DNA of 63,332 bases, counting the filler, from Octopus bimaculoides (taxonomy: Eukaryota), in assembly GCF_001194135.2 (NCBI RefSeq). It is 6 parts of 5 records of this genome, joined end to end, with 100 filler letters (N's around TTAATTAATTAA, not from the genome) between each part and the next. Parts side by side here need not be neighbours in the genome. Positions count along the whole stretch, not along the records: positions 1 to 28,747 come from NC_068991.1; 5 more parts are not named here. One strand, written 5' to 3'. Under the pieces are notes generated by a model. It ran no database searches. It was not told the origin of the DNA and worked only from the letters and a program-made list of their open reading frames with translations. The position numbers and the translations under genes are program-made. Below are positions 1-14,190 of the stretch, one piece after another (position 1 is the first letter of the stretch; each line of letters starts with the position of its first letter).

Positions 1-31
<31 letters not shown>

Positions 32-1508
32 TTGCTATTATGCTAAACTGTCGTATGTCTAAATTTAGCCAAATGCGTTTTTTCCGATATTTATTTTTGC
101 TTGCAACAGCCGCTTCTTTTGGCCAAATTATCATATCTCCAGCTGCTTCAGATGCCTAATTTTTAGTTGATATGATAGTGTTTGCTACAAGGCACCATTA
201 GTAGTGTTTGTATAATATTCTCACTTGAACACTGTTGAGCTGCAACATAAAAATAAATAGAAATAATGATTGCTTTTTATCATTTTATTTCATTCATATC
301 TACTCTCAACTCATTTTTACCACTGACCACCCTTTCACTCTTTTTCACCATTCCCCATTATTCCCATCTCTAACCATCTTTCACCCCCCCCCCCATGCTA
401 TTTTAACATTTTTTTCTATTCACCTTCTTGTACAATCACAGCACCCTATGACATTTCTTCTCACTGCCATCCTTTTGTCTCTTTCCGGCTGAAACCCAGT
501 TATTCTCACCCACCCGTATATAATATGAGGTGGTCATGTATCTCCTGTACGACAAGAAACCCGTACCTGTCCCTTCGGTCGTACTTTAACCTTTCAACAC
601 CCAGTATAATGTCCCCCCCTCCCTTTCTGCTGTCCTCCCACTCATTCAAGGAAGCTTTTTGGTCTTGTGTGCTATGTGGCAACCTCTCTAGCGTTGGTGT
701 CACTAAAAATGCAACCAGTACACTCTGTCTAGTGGTTGGTATTGAGAAAAGGGCATCTAGCTGTAGAAGGCAGAGCAAGAATTGTAGCATGATGCAGTCA
801 ACCCATCCACCTGATGCCAGTATGGAAAGACAAACTTTAAATGATGATGACTTTTGTCGTGTTTTGTAGGAAATATATTGTAATTTAATGCATGACTTCT
901 TCTAATTAGATTATTTAATAGAATGTTTCAAAATAGACACTTTTCTTGTACATTGTTGCTTTGTTGGTCTGAGCTAAATGTCTTTTGTGAATGTCGAGAG
1001 AGTTGTTATTAATTGAACTCAAAATGAATAAAAAACAAAATATGGATAAGTTTACATCATGAGCGTTTTTCTTTTGCTTTCACATTATTTCAATTTATTA
1101 TCACTTCTACTTTCTATATTAAATGATGATATCTCCAAAAGATTTCTTATTACTAAATAGGTGTTGTTGCTGTTTAGCTCCAAGTTGGCGCCAATCTACC
1201 AGACTCATAACCCTCTTGCATTCGGATTATTCTGTCAAATGTAATCCTTATTTATTCCCATTGTTTTGAATTAATCATGGATTATCTCATAGCTTTGAGA
1301 TTTCGATGATATGATTGTTTATTTTTAGAATGGCATTGTATAGTAAGTGTGAGAGGCAGGATCTGGCCAGTTTGTCCATAAAATACCACTGATGTGGCCT
1401 GTTTAAATACTAATAGGTCAAACATCACTTTTATTTTTTGTTAGGAATACTGTATGCCATACTATACTGTCCACTTTTAAAAATTTCACAGTAATATAAA
1501 ATATAGTA

Positions 1509-1745
1509 AAGCGGTGAGCTGGCAGAATCGTTAGCATGCTGGGTGAAATGCTTAGTGGTATTTTGTCTGCCGTTACGTTCTGAGTTCAAATTCTGCTGAG
1601 ATTGACTTTGACTTTCATCTTTTCGAGGTTGATTAAATAAGTACCAGTTACTCACTGGGGTCGATGTAATCGACTTAATCCCTTTGTCTGTCCTTGTTTG
1701 TGCCCTCTATGTTTAGCCCCCTGTAGGCAATAAAGAAATAAATAT
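1509..1745 (+). mobile_element. tRNA-derived SINE family C (CpG-decayed copy)
   Basis: GCGGTGAGCTGGCAGAATCGTTAGC...GAGTTCAAATT...AATAAGTACCAG...GGGGTCGATGTAATCGAC. Relatives lie at ~24341-24545, 30540-30705, 47850-48010, 51340-51480 and 53430-53775. Confidence 0.8.
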
Positions 1746-2140
1746 AGAATATAGTAGTTTGAGGGAGGTTTAACTGCTGCTTCTTGCATGTAGAGTGGCC
1801 ACATAAATAATCTTCTTCATTTGCTCCTCACAGGATCTTATTATTATGTTGTACAAAAAAAAAAAAAGAAAAAAACAACAACACAATAATGAATGAATTA
1901 AAAGTTGCAGAAACATCATTATATTGACTAAAATCTTGTCACTGGCGTGAATACATACAAAGGGTACATTGTCCAATTCTGAAAACATATAGTCATATTC
2001 AAACCTCACTTCTCTTTTCTATTTGAATATTTCTTCATGCTAAATCACTTTATTGATCTTCATTGATCTAAGTATTCATTTTAGTCTTAAGTTTCTATTA
2101 AAACTGTTTACGTGGATTAGTACTGCCAGAGGGTGTTGTT

Positions 2141-2175
<35 letters not shown>

Positions 2176-2425
2176 NNNNNNNNNNNNNNNNNNNNNNNNN
2201 NNNNNNNNNNNNNNNNNNNNNNNNNNNNNNNNNNNNNNNNNNNNNNNNNNNNNNNNNNNNNNNNNNNNNNNNNNNNNNNNNNNNNNNNNNNNNNNNNNNN
2301 NNNNNNNNNNNNNNNNNNNNNNNNNNNNNNNNNNNNNNNNNNNNNNNNNNNNNNNNNNNNNNNNNNNNNNNNNNNNNNNNNNNNNNNNNNGCAAATTAAG
2401 ATCTGAAGAGTCTCCAGCAAATTAA

Positions 2426-2461
2426 GATCTGAAGAAGGAATTCTAATTCCGAAATATCATT
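2426..2461 (+). ncRNA. Minimal type-I hammerhead ribozyme motif
   Basis: GAT-CTGAAGA-A-GGAAT-TCTA-ATTCC-GAAA-TA-TC-ATT: intact core, perfect 5-bp helix II, palindromic ATAT helix III, AUC cleavage triplet and a 3-bp helix I. Confidence 0.65.
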
Positions 2462-2590
2462 GGACTACAGTTTACCAAGTTACAACAGGTATACAGTCCA
2501 TTTTTTGTTCTATATTGCATTGTTATACCTTCCTAAACTTTTTATTCTTTACAAACGATACACAATGCTTCAAGCGAACTACAATACTCT

Positions 2591-2627
<37 letters not shown>

Positions 2628-3177
2628 CTTTATATTTCATTTCATTTCTGAGCTATTTGTGGAAGTGAAAATTACAGATGTTTATTATGACATTTATTCT
2701 GTAAAACTGAAGTGAAACTAGAATGACTAAAGCCAGGGAAATGGTTGCCTGTATGGTTAGGTCATTCACAGTGATGCAGCTTCTGGTTTGACCCTGCCGT
2801 GTGGTACCCCAGGTAAACATCTTATTCCATACACTCAGATTGAACAATGTCGGGTGAGTGAAATTTGGTATAGAAACTGTGCAAAAGCCTGTTGTGTGTG
2901 TGTGAATATGTAAATGTGTGTATGTGTGTGTCTTTTTATACCAAGTGTCTTAACATTGACACCACCTCAGCACTGACATTATGTCCCCTCATAATAAAAC
3001 ACCTGACAATACAAAAATGTCTAATGAAATAAATTGCTCGAATGACAAAGAGGGGTTGGCATTAGGAATGGCATCAGGCTGTAGAATACTGTCACAAGAC
3101 GAAGGGCCATATAACATGTGCTAGCATGGAAGAAACTGCACCTAAATATGATGATGATGATAATAAGGCACATGGAT

Positions 3178-3217
<40 letters not shown>

Positions 3218-3240
3218 ACGGGCTCCTACATATGTATGTG

Positions 3241-3637
3241 TATAGGCGCAGGAGTGGCTGGGTGGTAAGTAGCTTACTTACCAACCACATGGTTCCGGGT
3301 TCAGTCCCACTGCGTGGCACTTTAGGCAAGTGTCTTCTACTATAGCCTCGGGCCAACCAAAGCCATGTGAGTGGATTTGTTAGACGGAAACTGAAAGAAG
3401 CCTGTTGTATACACATATATGTGTGTTTGTTTCTGTGTCTGTGTTTGTCCCCCCAACATTGCTTGACAGCTGAGACTGGTGTGTTTATGTCCCCGTAATT
3501 TCGTGGTTCGGCAAAAAGAGACCGATAGAATAAGTACTAGGCTTACAAAGAATAAGTCCTGAGGTCGATTTGCTCAACTAACGGTGGTGCTCCAGCATGG
3601 CTGCAGTCAAATGAGCAAGACAAATAAAAGAATAAAA
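3241..3637 (+). mobile_element. tRNA-derived SINE family A (internal TA/TG microsatellite)
   Basis: TAGGCGCAGGAGTGGCTG...GGTTCAGTCCC head; body AAAGCC.TGTGAGTGGATTTG; 3' GATAGAATAAGTACTAGG...GGTGCTCCAGCATGG. It recurs more than 15 times in the window. Confidence 0.85.
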
Positions 3638-3861
3638 TATGTATATACATAGTGTGTCTGTGTGTGTGTGTGTGTGTGTGCGTATTTCCTCTTTGATAGT
3701 AATTTTATATTCTCCTCAAATCAAGGCTCTTTTGAGAAGTTAATGGTCACCATTGAATAATAAATATCATTTTGACTCTTTTACTATTATCGATTCCTTC
3801 ATTCAAACCATATTTAGTGCACACCAAGCAAGACACATCTGATACATACATACATATATAC

Positions 3862-3932
<71 letters not shown>

Positions 3933-6900
3933 GTTACAGTTTTGCTATTTAATCATTTTTATTTCCTTTATATAATTCATCTTCATGGTTATTAAGTTTA
4001 TTGCATTTTCTTAACCTCTTTATCACTCTTCCAGTTTTTGTTGGCATATTGTAAGGCATATTACAGCATTAATCAGTCATTTAGTGAGTGTCGTTCTCCT
4101 AACTTGTGTCTTTATTGGCCATTGCAGTTACACACTTGGCACATAAAAGTATATTATTATTTCCTGATGTCTCTTGTTTATGACTTTCATATTGGCAATA
4201 TGGAGATGAATTCTGCTCATACTTTCAGTGAAACATGCAGCTGAAAGGTTTAAAGGTATAATGGAATGTTCCATGAGACATCAACATAGGTGTGTGGTTA
4301 AGGGGTTTGCTTCTGAACCACATGGTTTCTGGTTCAGTCTCACTGCATGGCACTCAGACCAAGTGTTTCTACTGCAACCCTGGGTCAACTAAAGCCTTGT
4401 GAATGGATTTGGTAGGCAGAAAGTGGAACATTAAACACACCATCTCAGTGTGATTGTTGCCAAGGCCGCTGACTGGCTCCCGTGCCAATGGCATGTAAAA
4501 AGCACCATTCGAGTGTGATTGTTGCCAGTGTTGCCTTACTGGCACATGTGCCGGTGGCATGTGAAAAACAACATTTCAATGTGGTTGTTGCCAGTGCTGC
4601 TGGACTGGCTCCCATGCAGATGGCATGTAAAAAACACCTTTTGAGCATGATTAGTATCTTAATTGGTGATCTGGTATTAGAACTAAAGACTATTTCGTTG
4701 TGAAACAAGTCATGTTAGCCGTCATAAAAGTACAAAGACTTTTCCATTCATTTTTGTTTATTTCTTAATAGTATCATACACTATAAAATGTTGTAAAGTT
4801 TCGTCACATTTCAGCAATTAAATAATTGTTAATAAGATTTCAACTGCATCTGTTGAAAGTCAGTTATTGGCAAGTTTTTATGAGTCACCGGTGATTTCTG
4901 TTGTCTCTTTTTGTTTTCTTTTTTGTTCTCGTTGTTCTTCACTTTTACACTTTCTTAATTATGTTCTTCGTTCAACATGGGAGTGGTTAATATCTTTTAC
5001 ATGTTGGTTTGACATAGAAAGTATTTTTTTTGTAATGCTGTAACCATCTTGTTTTCCATCTGTGTGTCAGGGATCTTTCTATACGTTTTTTTTTGGTTTT
5101 CAACTTTTAACTTTTAAGATTTGTTACTCCTTTTGAATTTAAGTTTCTTTTATTTTCATTATTTTTTTTTTACTTCATTCCTAGCATTCCCTTTCCCCCC
5201 CCCCAAAAAAAAACAAAAAAAATTTTTGTCATTTCACTTATTTTCTAAATTGCATTTAAATCGGGTTTTCGTTCTATAATATTCCAGTTGGTATGAGTAC
5301 ATGACTGATATGTAGTTGAACTCTTAAACTAAATTGATATTTATCTTCTCAAGGTGTGAATATACTACTGAACAGCATGATACAATGTTTTACCATGGAT
5401 ACAACATTAGCATTTTAAAATTAATTCTTTTTTTTTTGTGCGTGTTTAGGGATAAAAACAATCTGTAGTAGTTTGATAGGATTCTTTCTTTTTCTCACTT
5501 TTGTCTGCTTTTATGGATTTCTATGAAAATCACTACTTTTGTTTCATATAATTTGAGAAATAATTAAGAATTCTATAAAAATAAGTCATTTTAAGTGTTT
5601 TGAACATACATTTATATGAAATTTTTATGCAAGGTTTAAATTTAGATAACCTTAAAAGCGAAAGTTTGTAGTGTAGAATGAGGAATGGTGTCCGACAGGT
5701 TGGTATCAATAAGCAATAAAATATACAACTACGCTATTGTTATTTATTTTCTTTTTCTGTTATTTAGATAAACTAATGTTGATTAATAATTATCTGTTAA
5801 TAGTTATTGGTGGAATTGTTAGAGCATTAAACAAAAATGGCCTTGTGATATTTGTTCCAGCTCTTTACATTCCGAGTTCAAATCACACTGGGGCCAACTT
5901 TACCTTTTCTCCCCCCCCCCCCCGCTTTGAGGTCTGATAAAATAAACTACCAGTCAAGTTCTGAGGTTGAGGCAATCACCTGACACCTTCCTCTTTAAAT
6001 TTGCTGGTTTTGTGCCTAAATCAGAGATAACTTTTAGTTTCTATTTTATTTTGCTCTATAACAAGAATATGAAGGCTAAAAGAAAATAGACGTACCAAAG
6101 AAATGAAAATGAAACGTAGACACTCACTTTTCATTTGCTATCTGCTTCATTTTTTACATTTACACAGAGCACTCTTTAAAAATGTAAGCACGTATATACA
6201 ATAATTTTATATGTGTAAAAAAACTGTTATCTGCTTTGAGAAAGTAATTTTTCTCATGCAGCAAAAATACTTTTATTCTCCTATAAACCAGACACACACA
6301 TACGTATGCATCTCTCTTATGAATAAGGCTATCTTCCTGTCGCAATTCGGCTACAAATTTGCACTGTCTGTTATATTCAGATATAAAGAATTCTTTAATA
6401 GAAATTGGATTTGCATTCATCAATTCATGTTGAATAGCAAACTTGAGTCCTCTTCTGTTTTTATCACATAAAGAAAAATATATTTAAAGCATCAAACCGT
6501 TTTCTTGTTTTGGATATTCTTCATTCTCTTTTGTATACTACTAAAATTTCAATATTTTCCCAAGAACATAACAGAAGTTTATATTTTAGTTTTAAATTCT
6601 TCTAAACAATACTTCTGGATAAGCCAGTATTAGAGAGATATTTTTATATTTTCTTTTACAAAGTAAAATGTACCATGTATTTATTTAAAAGAAACTATTT
6701 TCCTCTTTTTCCATATTTTTTTCCCAATTTTGTTTTTTTTCTGTACTGTTTACAAATCTCCAAATTCCAAGCCATTTTTTCTTAAAAGTTCAGTATTTCA
6801 GTTATAATATTTTCTGAAATATATTTTCCTCGGCCTGCTATTTTTATCTTTTTTTTCCACTGCTATGTTTGCACACATCAGTGACTTCAATTTCCCCCCC

Positions 6901-8214
6901 CCCTTTTTTTTATATCTAATTTCTTGATATGAAGCTACAATGTCTTGCAACATATTCACATTCCTTGTATCACCATATTTACGTTTCACTTGCTTTATGT
7001 CATTATTTTTTATGTTACTTTTTCTTTAAACAAATTACAAAAAATAAATGAATAAATAAATAAATGAATAAATACATAAAAAACAATCAAATGCAATTTT
7101 TATTTTAAGAACTGAAAAACTTACTATATGTTTTTAAAAATGTTATCATTAAATAATCTTTACTTTTTATGCATCTTCTGATTTTTATAACATCCTCTGA
7201 ATATTTTTATCCTGATGACTTTTTTTCTTTTCATAAGAAAAAGCTTGGTGAAACTATTGTGAGAATCTCACCACCACCATCACCACTGCCATCATCATCA
7301 GCATCATCATTGTTTGTATCTGTTTAATTGGTTTGTTTTCCCTATGCATTTGATTGGAGAATTCTGCAATACTGCTACTTTCCGTTTGACATCGTAGGCA
7401 GTGTAGTTACAATGCTTGCTTTGTTGCGATGTGGTTTCAAGTTCAGTCCTACTGCATGGAAACTTGACCCATTGTGTGTGTATAAATATATATATATATA
7501 TGTGTGTGTGTGTATGTTCTGAGCAGGACAAAAGTGCAAAGGGGGTCTTAAATTTACATTTTTTTGTTACACCTGGGGGGCTTCATGTGGGACCACAACC
7601 ATTGAAACTAGGTATTAAATATAACTCGATTTCAAACACACTAGCAAAAGTCTCCTAGCAAAACTTTTGCCCTTTTACACAAACATACAAGACATTCACA
7701 TTGATATAATCGTGTCTAAGATGGCCCTAGGCCCCAGACTTCTTAGAAAGGGAACAACCGATCATATAAACCCTAGTACTTTATTTACCGTCCTTGAAGG
7801 GACATTACGCAATTCTGACGTCAGTGAGATTTGATCACAGAATGTAAAGGGTTGAAAGAAATAGTGTAAGGCATTCTTTCACTGATGCTAATATTAATAA
7901 GAATTACAAGAATTTGTGCCACTGATATGCAGACATTTCTGTTCTTGGACAGCTCAGCTCATGCTCTTCCAATTGCTGAGGGTTCATTTATTCTTTCACT
8001 TGTTTCATTTATTGGACTGTGACCATGCTGGGGCACCACCTTCAATGGTTTTAGTCTATCAAATTGACTCTGGTACTTTTGTTTTGTTTTGTTTTTTTTT
8101 ATAAGTCAGGTAGTTATTCTATTATCAGTCTGTTTTGCTGAACCACCAAATTACAGGGGCATAGACAAACAAAAATCCGTTTTCAAGCAGTGTGGGAATA
8201 CACACGCACACACA

Positions 8215-8276
<62 letters not shown>

Positions 8277-8710
8277 NNNNNNNNNNNNNNNNNNNNNNNN
8301 NNNNNNNNNNNNNNNNNNNNNNNNNNNNNNNNNNNNNNNNNNNNNNNNNNNNNNNNNNNNNNNNNNNNNNNNNNNNNNNNNNNNNNNNNNNNNNNNNNNN
8401 NNNNNNNNNNNNNNNNNNNNNNNNNNNNNNNNNNNNNNNNNNNNNNNNNNNNNNNNNNNNNNNNNNNNNNNNNNNNNNNNNNNNNNNNNNNNNNNNNNNN
8501 NNNNNNNNNNNNNNNNNNNNNNNNNNNNNNNNNNNNNNNNNNNNNNNNNNNNNNNNNNNNNNNNNNNNNNNNNNNNNNNNNNNNNNNNNNNNNNNNNNNN
8601 NNNNNNNNNNNNNNNNNNNNNNNNNNNNNNNNNNNNNNNNNNNNNNNNNNNNNNNNNNNNNNNNNNNNNNNNNNNNNNNNNNNNNNNNNNNNNNNNNNNN
8701 NNNNNNNNNN

Positions 8711-8757
<47 letters not shown>

Positions 8758-9181
8758 TGGGCTTCCACTCAGATTCCATCCATCAAATTCATTCAGATGG
8801 CATTGCTTAGTCTAGGACCATAATAGAAGACAATTGTCCTGAGATGTCCAACAGTGAAGTTGAACCCAAAACCACATGGTCAGGAAAGGGATTTCTTAAC
8901 TATGTGATCATGTCTGCATCTACACAGATCTGCCTGTGCCATTTTTGTCCAAAAGCCTTTTGATTTAAGAATACTCTTCCATGATTCAAAGAAATATTCC
9001 CTATAAGCTCCTGTTTTATGAATTATTTTTTTTTATTTCATTTCTCTATGAACGAGCTTGCAGTAGCATCTTGTGTTGGGTAACTTTGCAACGGATTTGA
9101 GGTTGAGGAAGAAGAGAATCTAACTGATGCATTTGAATTTTAAACTTTTCATCAACTTTAATTATTTTTCAAATTTATTAC

Positions 9182-9600
9182 CTAGGAGCGGCTGTGTGGT
9201 AAGTAGCTTGCTTATGAACCACATGGTTCCGGGTTCAGTCCCACTACGTGGCACCTTGGGCAAGTGTCTTCTACTATAGCCTCGGGCCGACCAAAGCCTT
9301 GTAAGTCGATTTGGTAGATGGAAACTGAAAGAAGCCCGTCGTATGTATATGTATATATATATATATGTATGTGTGTGTATGTGTGTGTGTATATGTTTGT
9401 GTGTCTGTGTTTGTCCCCCCAACATCGCTTGACAACTGATGCTGGTGTGTTTACGTCCCCGTAACCTAGCGGTTTGGCAAAAGTGACTGATAGAATAAGT
9501 ACTAGGCTTACAAAGAATAAGTCCTGGGGTCGATTTGCTTGACTAAAGGTGGTGCTCCAGCATGGCCACAGTCAAATGACTGAAACAAGTAAAAGAGAGT
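9182..9600 (+). mobile_element. SINE family A, full length
   Basis: Collinear with 3241-3637 and 59043-59418. Confidence 0.9.
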
Positions 9601-10657
9601 AAATAGCTTGTGAAGCATTCATTCTAAGTCCTGTACAACATTACAAAAAATACCCTTTTCCGAGTCAACATCAGCAAAGTATTTTCTCAATGTATTTTCG
9701 TGTTTGTTAGTATTTCTCTTAATTTTGACGTATCTCTGTATATTTCTGCTTTTTGTTTCCTCTCTTTCTAAACCTTGCCGTGTTTCGATATCTGGAATCC
9801 TTCAGCTAAAAGGGAATTCTAAAAGTATGAGTTATTTCAAGAATAACTAAATCATTTATCATGTTTTTTGCACTTTTTCTCATTTCTTCCCAAATATGTG
9901 CCCAATTTTATTGCAGTTTCTCGGCCTATCTTAGCTATTCCCCACCCCCACCTGCCCCTGTTTTCTCAGTATTGTGTTCCTCTGAGACAATATTTTTCCT
10001 GTGCATTGACGTACAGCAGAAGAAGAGTACAGTTTGACTGTAAATTTGATATCAACCATCACAATGGGTGAAGAAACACTATTTTATCTCATCTTTATTT
10101 CGAGATAAAAAGACATACATCTTGTGTGTTTTAGGCACACAAACAAACACACAAACACACGCACGCACGCACACACACAAACACAGAGCGGAAGAGAGAA
10201 AGATATACCTGTGCATGCACAGAACACAAGCATCACCGAGGTAGCAAGAGGACGATGGTGGCTGTGATAGTGGTGTTGATGATGATGATTGAGAGGAAAT
10301 GGTTGTGGAGGAGAACCAGTTGTGGCTGATTTCTGTTGAAGACTTGTCATCATCACCATCGTCGTCGGTGTCATCGTCGTCGTCGTCATCATTGTCACGA
10401 CCACCAATGAGCTGTCGATTGGCAGAATCTGTAGAGCAGTGGGTGAAGCACTTGGCAAGAATTAGTTGCAACACTTCAAATATACTCAGTTCAGATGGCG
10501 CCAACACTGGCATTGCCTTTGGCGCCAACACGGATGTTGCCTTTCATACCCCTGCTTCTGGAGATCCTGATAGATTTCTTTCCCCCCCCCCCCACCAATA
10601 TTTGCAGGCCTGTATCTGAGTCAAAATAAATTACTATTCTAATAACCGCCACCACCG

Positions 10658-10751
10658 CCATCATCATCATCATCATCATCATCACAATAACCATCATCAT
10701 CACCATTAACATCATCATCATCATCACCATTAGCATCATCATCATCATTAG

Positions 10752-10796
<45 letters not shown>

Positions 10797-10822
10797 AATC
10801 ACCATCATCATCATCATCATCA
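10658..10822 (+). repeat. Degenerate (CAT)n microsatellite
   Basis: Direct reading; it is the source of the poly-Met/poly-Asp pseudo-ORFs. Confidence 0.95.
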
Positions 10823-11292
10823 CATGCTTTTGCTTTCCTCTTTTTTCTTCTTCTTCTTCTTCCAATGTCGGCATCTCTTGTTCGCTTTCCAAAGTGCCCA
10901 TTAAGTACCTCCTTAATCTTTCTCCCTGTTTTCACTTTGTCTGAGAACTCAGTAATTCAATTGTAGACTCCTTCTCCGTATTTCCTTCCCAAGTCTTTCC
11001 CGCTCCGTCCTCATCTTACCCACCTTCCATTATCAATCCACGATGCCTTTTATCTATTTCCATTTGGTTCCTAGTGTCTATGGTGACATCCATTACGGGG
11101 CAGCTACAATAAAATCTTCCTGGCCCCCATCAGCCAATATCTCGGATGCTGGATTCTTTCCACACCTGTCTGGCTGCGATCTACCTTTTAATTTTAATGA
11201 ATATTGCTGGTGCGTGTATTGGTGAATTCTTCCAAAATAGCGCCAAGTCCAGAAAAACTAATTGCAGCACAGAAAGCTTGAAAAATAATGAT

Positions 11293-11293
<1 letters not shown>

Positions 11294-11324
<31 letters not shown>

Positions 11325-11752
11325 TTTGCCTCTCCCTGTCTTTTCACACTCTTTCTCTTTCTTTTTTTTCTTTCTCTCTCTTTCACTTTGCCTCTCCCTG
11401 TGTCTTTCATTCTCTCTCTCTCCCCCTCTCTTTCTCTCTCTCCCCCTCTCTCCCCCTCTCTCCCCCTCTCTTTCTCTCTCTCCCCTCTCTTTCTCTCTCA
11501 CCCTCTTTCTCTCTCTCCCCTCTCTTTCTCTCTCCCCCCTCTCTTTCTCTCTCCCCCCTCTCTTTCTCTCTTTCCCCCTCTCTTTCTCTCTCTCCCCTTT
11601 CTTTCTCTCTCTTTCTCCCCCCTCTCTCCCTTCTCTCTTTTTCTCTCCCTTCTCTCTTTCTCTCTTTCTCTCCCCTCTCTCTCTCTTTCACTTTGTCTCT
11701 CCCTGTGTCTCCTCATTCTCTCTCTCTCTCCTGCCACTCTCCTCCTCTCTCT
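11294..11752 (+). repeat. Long C/T-only low-complexity tract
   Basis: Almost pure pyrimidine strand of CTCT/CCCC/TTT variants. Confidence 0.95.
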
Positions 11753-12098
11753 CCAAACACCCATACACAATATTACAGAATCTAACTTGGTATTTTTGCT
11801 CCACTCCATTCAAATGTTGATGTTCCTCTTTTCTTCTTGACTAATATTAATTAGGAAAATATATTAAAAAAAAAAAACAATTAAAAAACAAAGCATTAAC
11901 TAAATTAATTGAGATGCACTTCTTATCTATTCTGACCACACAAGCTCAAAGAATCTAACTTGAAGATATTGTTCCAAAAAATCCAGTGTTTTTGTTTCCA
12001 TCAAATGTTGCTTCTCTTCATTCTCTGCTTGTGAAATTCCATCTCTTAAAAAAAGGGTTATCTCCTCCGCACCTTTGAAATTATTACTGTTGTCTTTA

Positions 12099-12284
12099 TT
12101 CTTTTACTTGTTGTAATCATTTGACTGGGGCCATGCTGGGGCACTGCCTCTTAATCAAAGAAATTGACCCCTGGGCTTATTCTTTGTAAGCCTGGTACTT
12201 ATTCAGTCGGTCTCTCCTGCCAAACTGCTAGATTATATGGGGACATTAACACACCAAAGTCGGTTGTCAAGCAATGGTGGGGTA

Positions 12285-12315
<31 letters not shown>

Positions 12316-12500
12316 GATACACACACACAGATATATATATTATGGGCTTCTTTCAGTTTCCATTTACCAAATCCACTCACAAGGCTTTGGTCAGCCTGAG
12401 GCTATAGTAGATGACACTTTCTCAAGGTGCCATGCAGTGGGACTGAGCCTGGAACCACATGGTTGGGAAGCAAGCTTCTTACCACACTGCCACTCCTGGC
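12099..12500 (-). mobile_element. SINE family A, reverse copy
   Basis: Reverse complement of the family A consensus. Confidence 0.85.
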
Positions 12501-13484
12501 TGTTATTTAAGTCTACAAAACTAATATTTTAAACTTCATTTTTTTTTTTTCTTTTTCTGTCTTTGATTTTGACATTAGTTCTATCTTTGGTAAAATAACG
12601 AGTTTAGATTTCACCTGAATCAACTATGGAACACTATGTAGCATAGGATGGGACATGCAAGTACATACACACACTCACTGACTGTTTCAGTAAATTGTTG
12701 GTATCGTTAATAAATATTTATGAGATTTTTAACAAGTATTTATGACTATATCAACATTATGGCAGTATGAACATCAATTAGTCTGTATTAAGTTGGCACT
12801 TAACGTTTCGCAGAAAAATTTTGCACATTTCGACTTTTGATTCTGCTAAATAAATTTTAAAGAGTCAGCTTTTAAATGGTTTTTGGGCAACGAACTGTAT
12901 GTTTAAGTAAAACTAATCACAACGTGCATCTTTTTTTTTGTTGTATTTAGTCTTATTTTATGACTGATTCTCTAACCAAAATGATATAATAATTAGTATC
13001 TCCTGTTCCATCTCTTCCCATGTACACTCACATGCACAGACACATGCATATATACACCTATATACAGAACTGGTGTTCATGGTGGTGATTTTGTTAAAAA
13101 TTCTTTTGATAATGGTGGGCAAACTTTACATTGTTCAAATAATTACAGTTTTATTTCATCCTCTGGTTTAATGTTCTCCTCACCAGGTTTGCATGCATCA
13201 GTCAGAATTTGTTGAGGCAGATTTTTACTGGCCAGATGCCTTTCCTGTCACCAACGCTCACCTGTTTCCAAAACAGGGTATTATTTCCCTGAGACTGGAT
13301 ATGTTTTCATGAAAAGACAGGAAACAAGGGCACTGTTTGTATGATGGTGATGTTAATTTATAAGCCACACACATAACCCATGCACACACACACACATACC
13401 AATGCATACACATGTATGTATTTATCTATATCTATACTCACACGCACACTCAAACACACACACACACACCACACACACATATAT

Positions 13485-13645
13485 CATCATCATCATCATC
13501 ATCATCGTTTAACGTCCGCTTTCCATGCTAGCATGGGTTGGACGATTTGACTGAGGACTGGTGAAACCGGATGGCAACACCAGGCTCCAGTCTGATTTGG
13601 CAGAGTTTCTACAGCTGGATGCCCTTCCTAACGCCAACCACTCAT
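13485..13645 (-). mobile_element. RTE LINE extreme 3' end
   Basis: (CAT)n-CGTTTAACGTCCGCTTTCCATGCTAGCATGGG...CAGCTGGATGCCCTTCCTAACGCCAACCACTC. Confidence 0.85.
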
Positions 13646-14190
13646 ATATGCATGTATACGCACACACAGACTCACACACATACATACACACATATATGTA
13701 TATATATATATATTTATGTATATATGTATGTATACACACACACATGTGTATATATATATACATATGCACACACACTCTAATATATCAATACACATGCACG
13801 CACACACATTTATATGACAGAGCAAATCCACTCACATGGCTGTGGTCAACCAAGACTTGAGTAGAAGACACTCGCCCAAAGTGCTGCACAGTGGGACTGA
13901 ACCTGGAACCGTGTAGTATTGGAACTTGTACTATTGGCATAAATTCTGAGGCTGAACACAGATGATGTGACTAACCCCAGCACTTGACTGCTTCTCATCT
14001 ACCTTGGTTGGATAAAGGGCAAAATAGCCCACTGGAATGTTTGCACTCAGAATGTAGAGAGATGTAACAAAAAGCCTGCTTTGTATTCTTGTCCACTGAT
14101 TCTGCCAAACAATGTAATGGGTGGGTTGAATTCATTTTACTTTGTCCAACAGACACATTGTTCATACGATGTTTCCTTATGTTTTTACAG

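Noticed and set aside
9771-9806. Minus-strand CTGAAGGA-TTCCAGATATC-GAAAC
   Set aside because: A9 is missing, and neither helix III nor helix I can be formed convincingly.
10079-10935. Poly-D/poly-M/poly-S ORFs
   Set aside because: Translations of (CAT)n and decayed SINE-C; no domain or splice support.
11146-11840. 224-aa and overlapping L/S/P- or E/R-rich ORFs
   Set aside because: They are produced by the CT tract.
13555-13580. CTGAGGA-CTGGT-GAAAC in the RTE 3'UTR (also 58318) resembling a hammerhead core
   Set aside because: Only 5 nt lie between the core halves (no helix II), there is no UH site or helix I, and other copies read GTGAACC.
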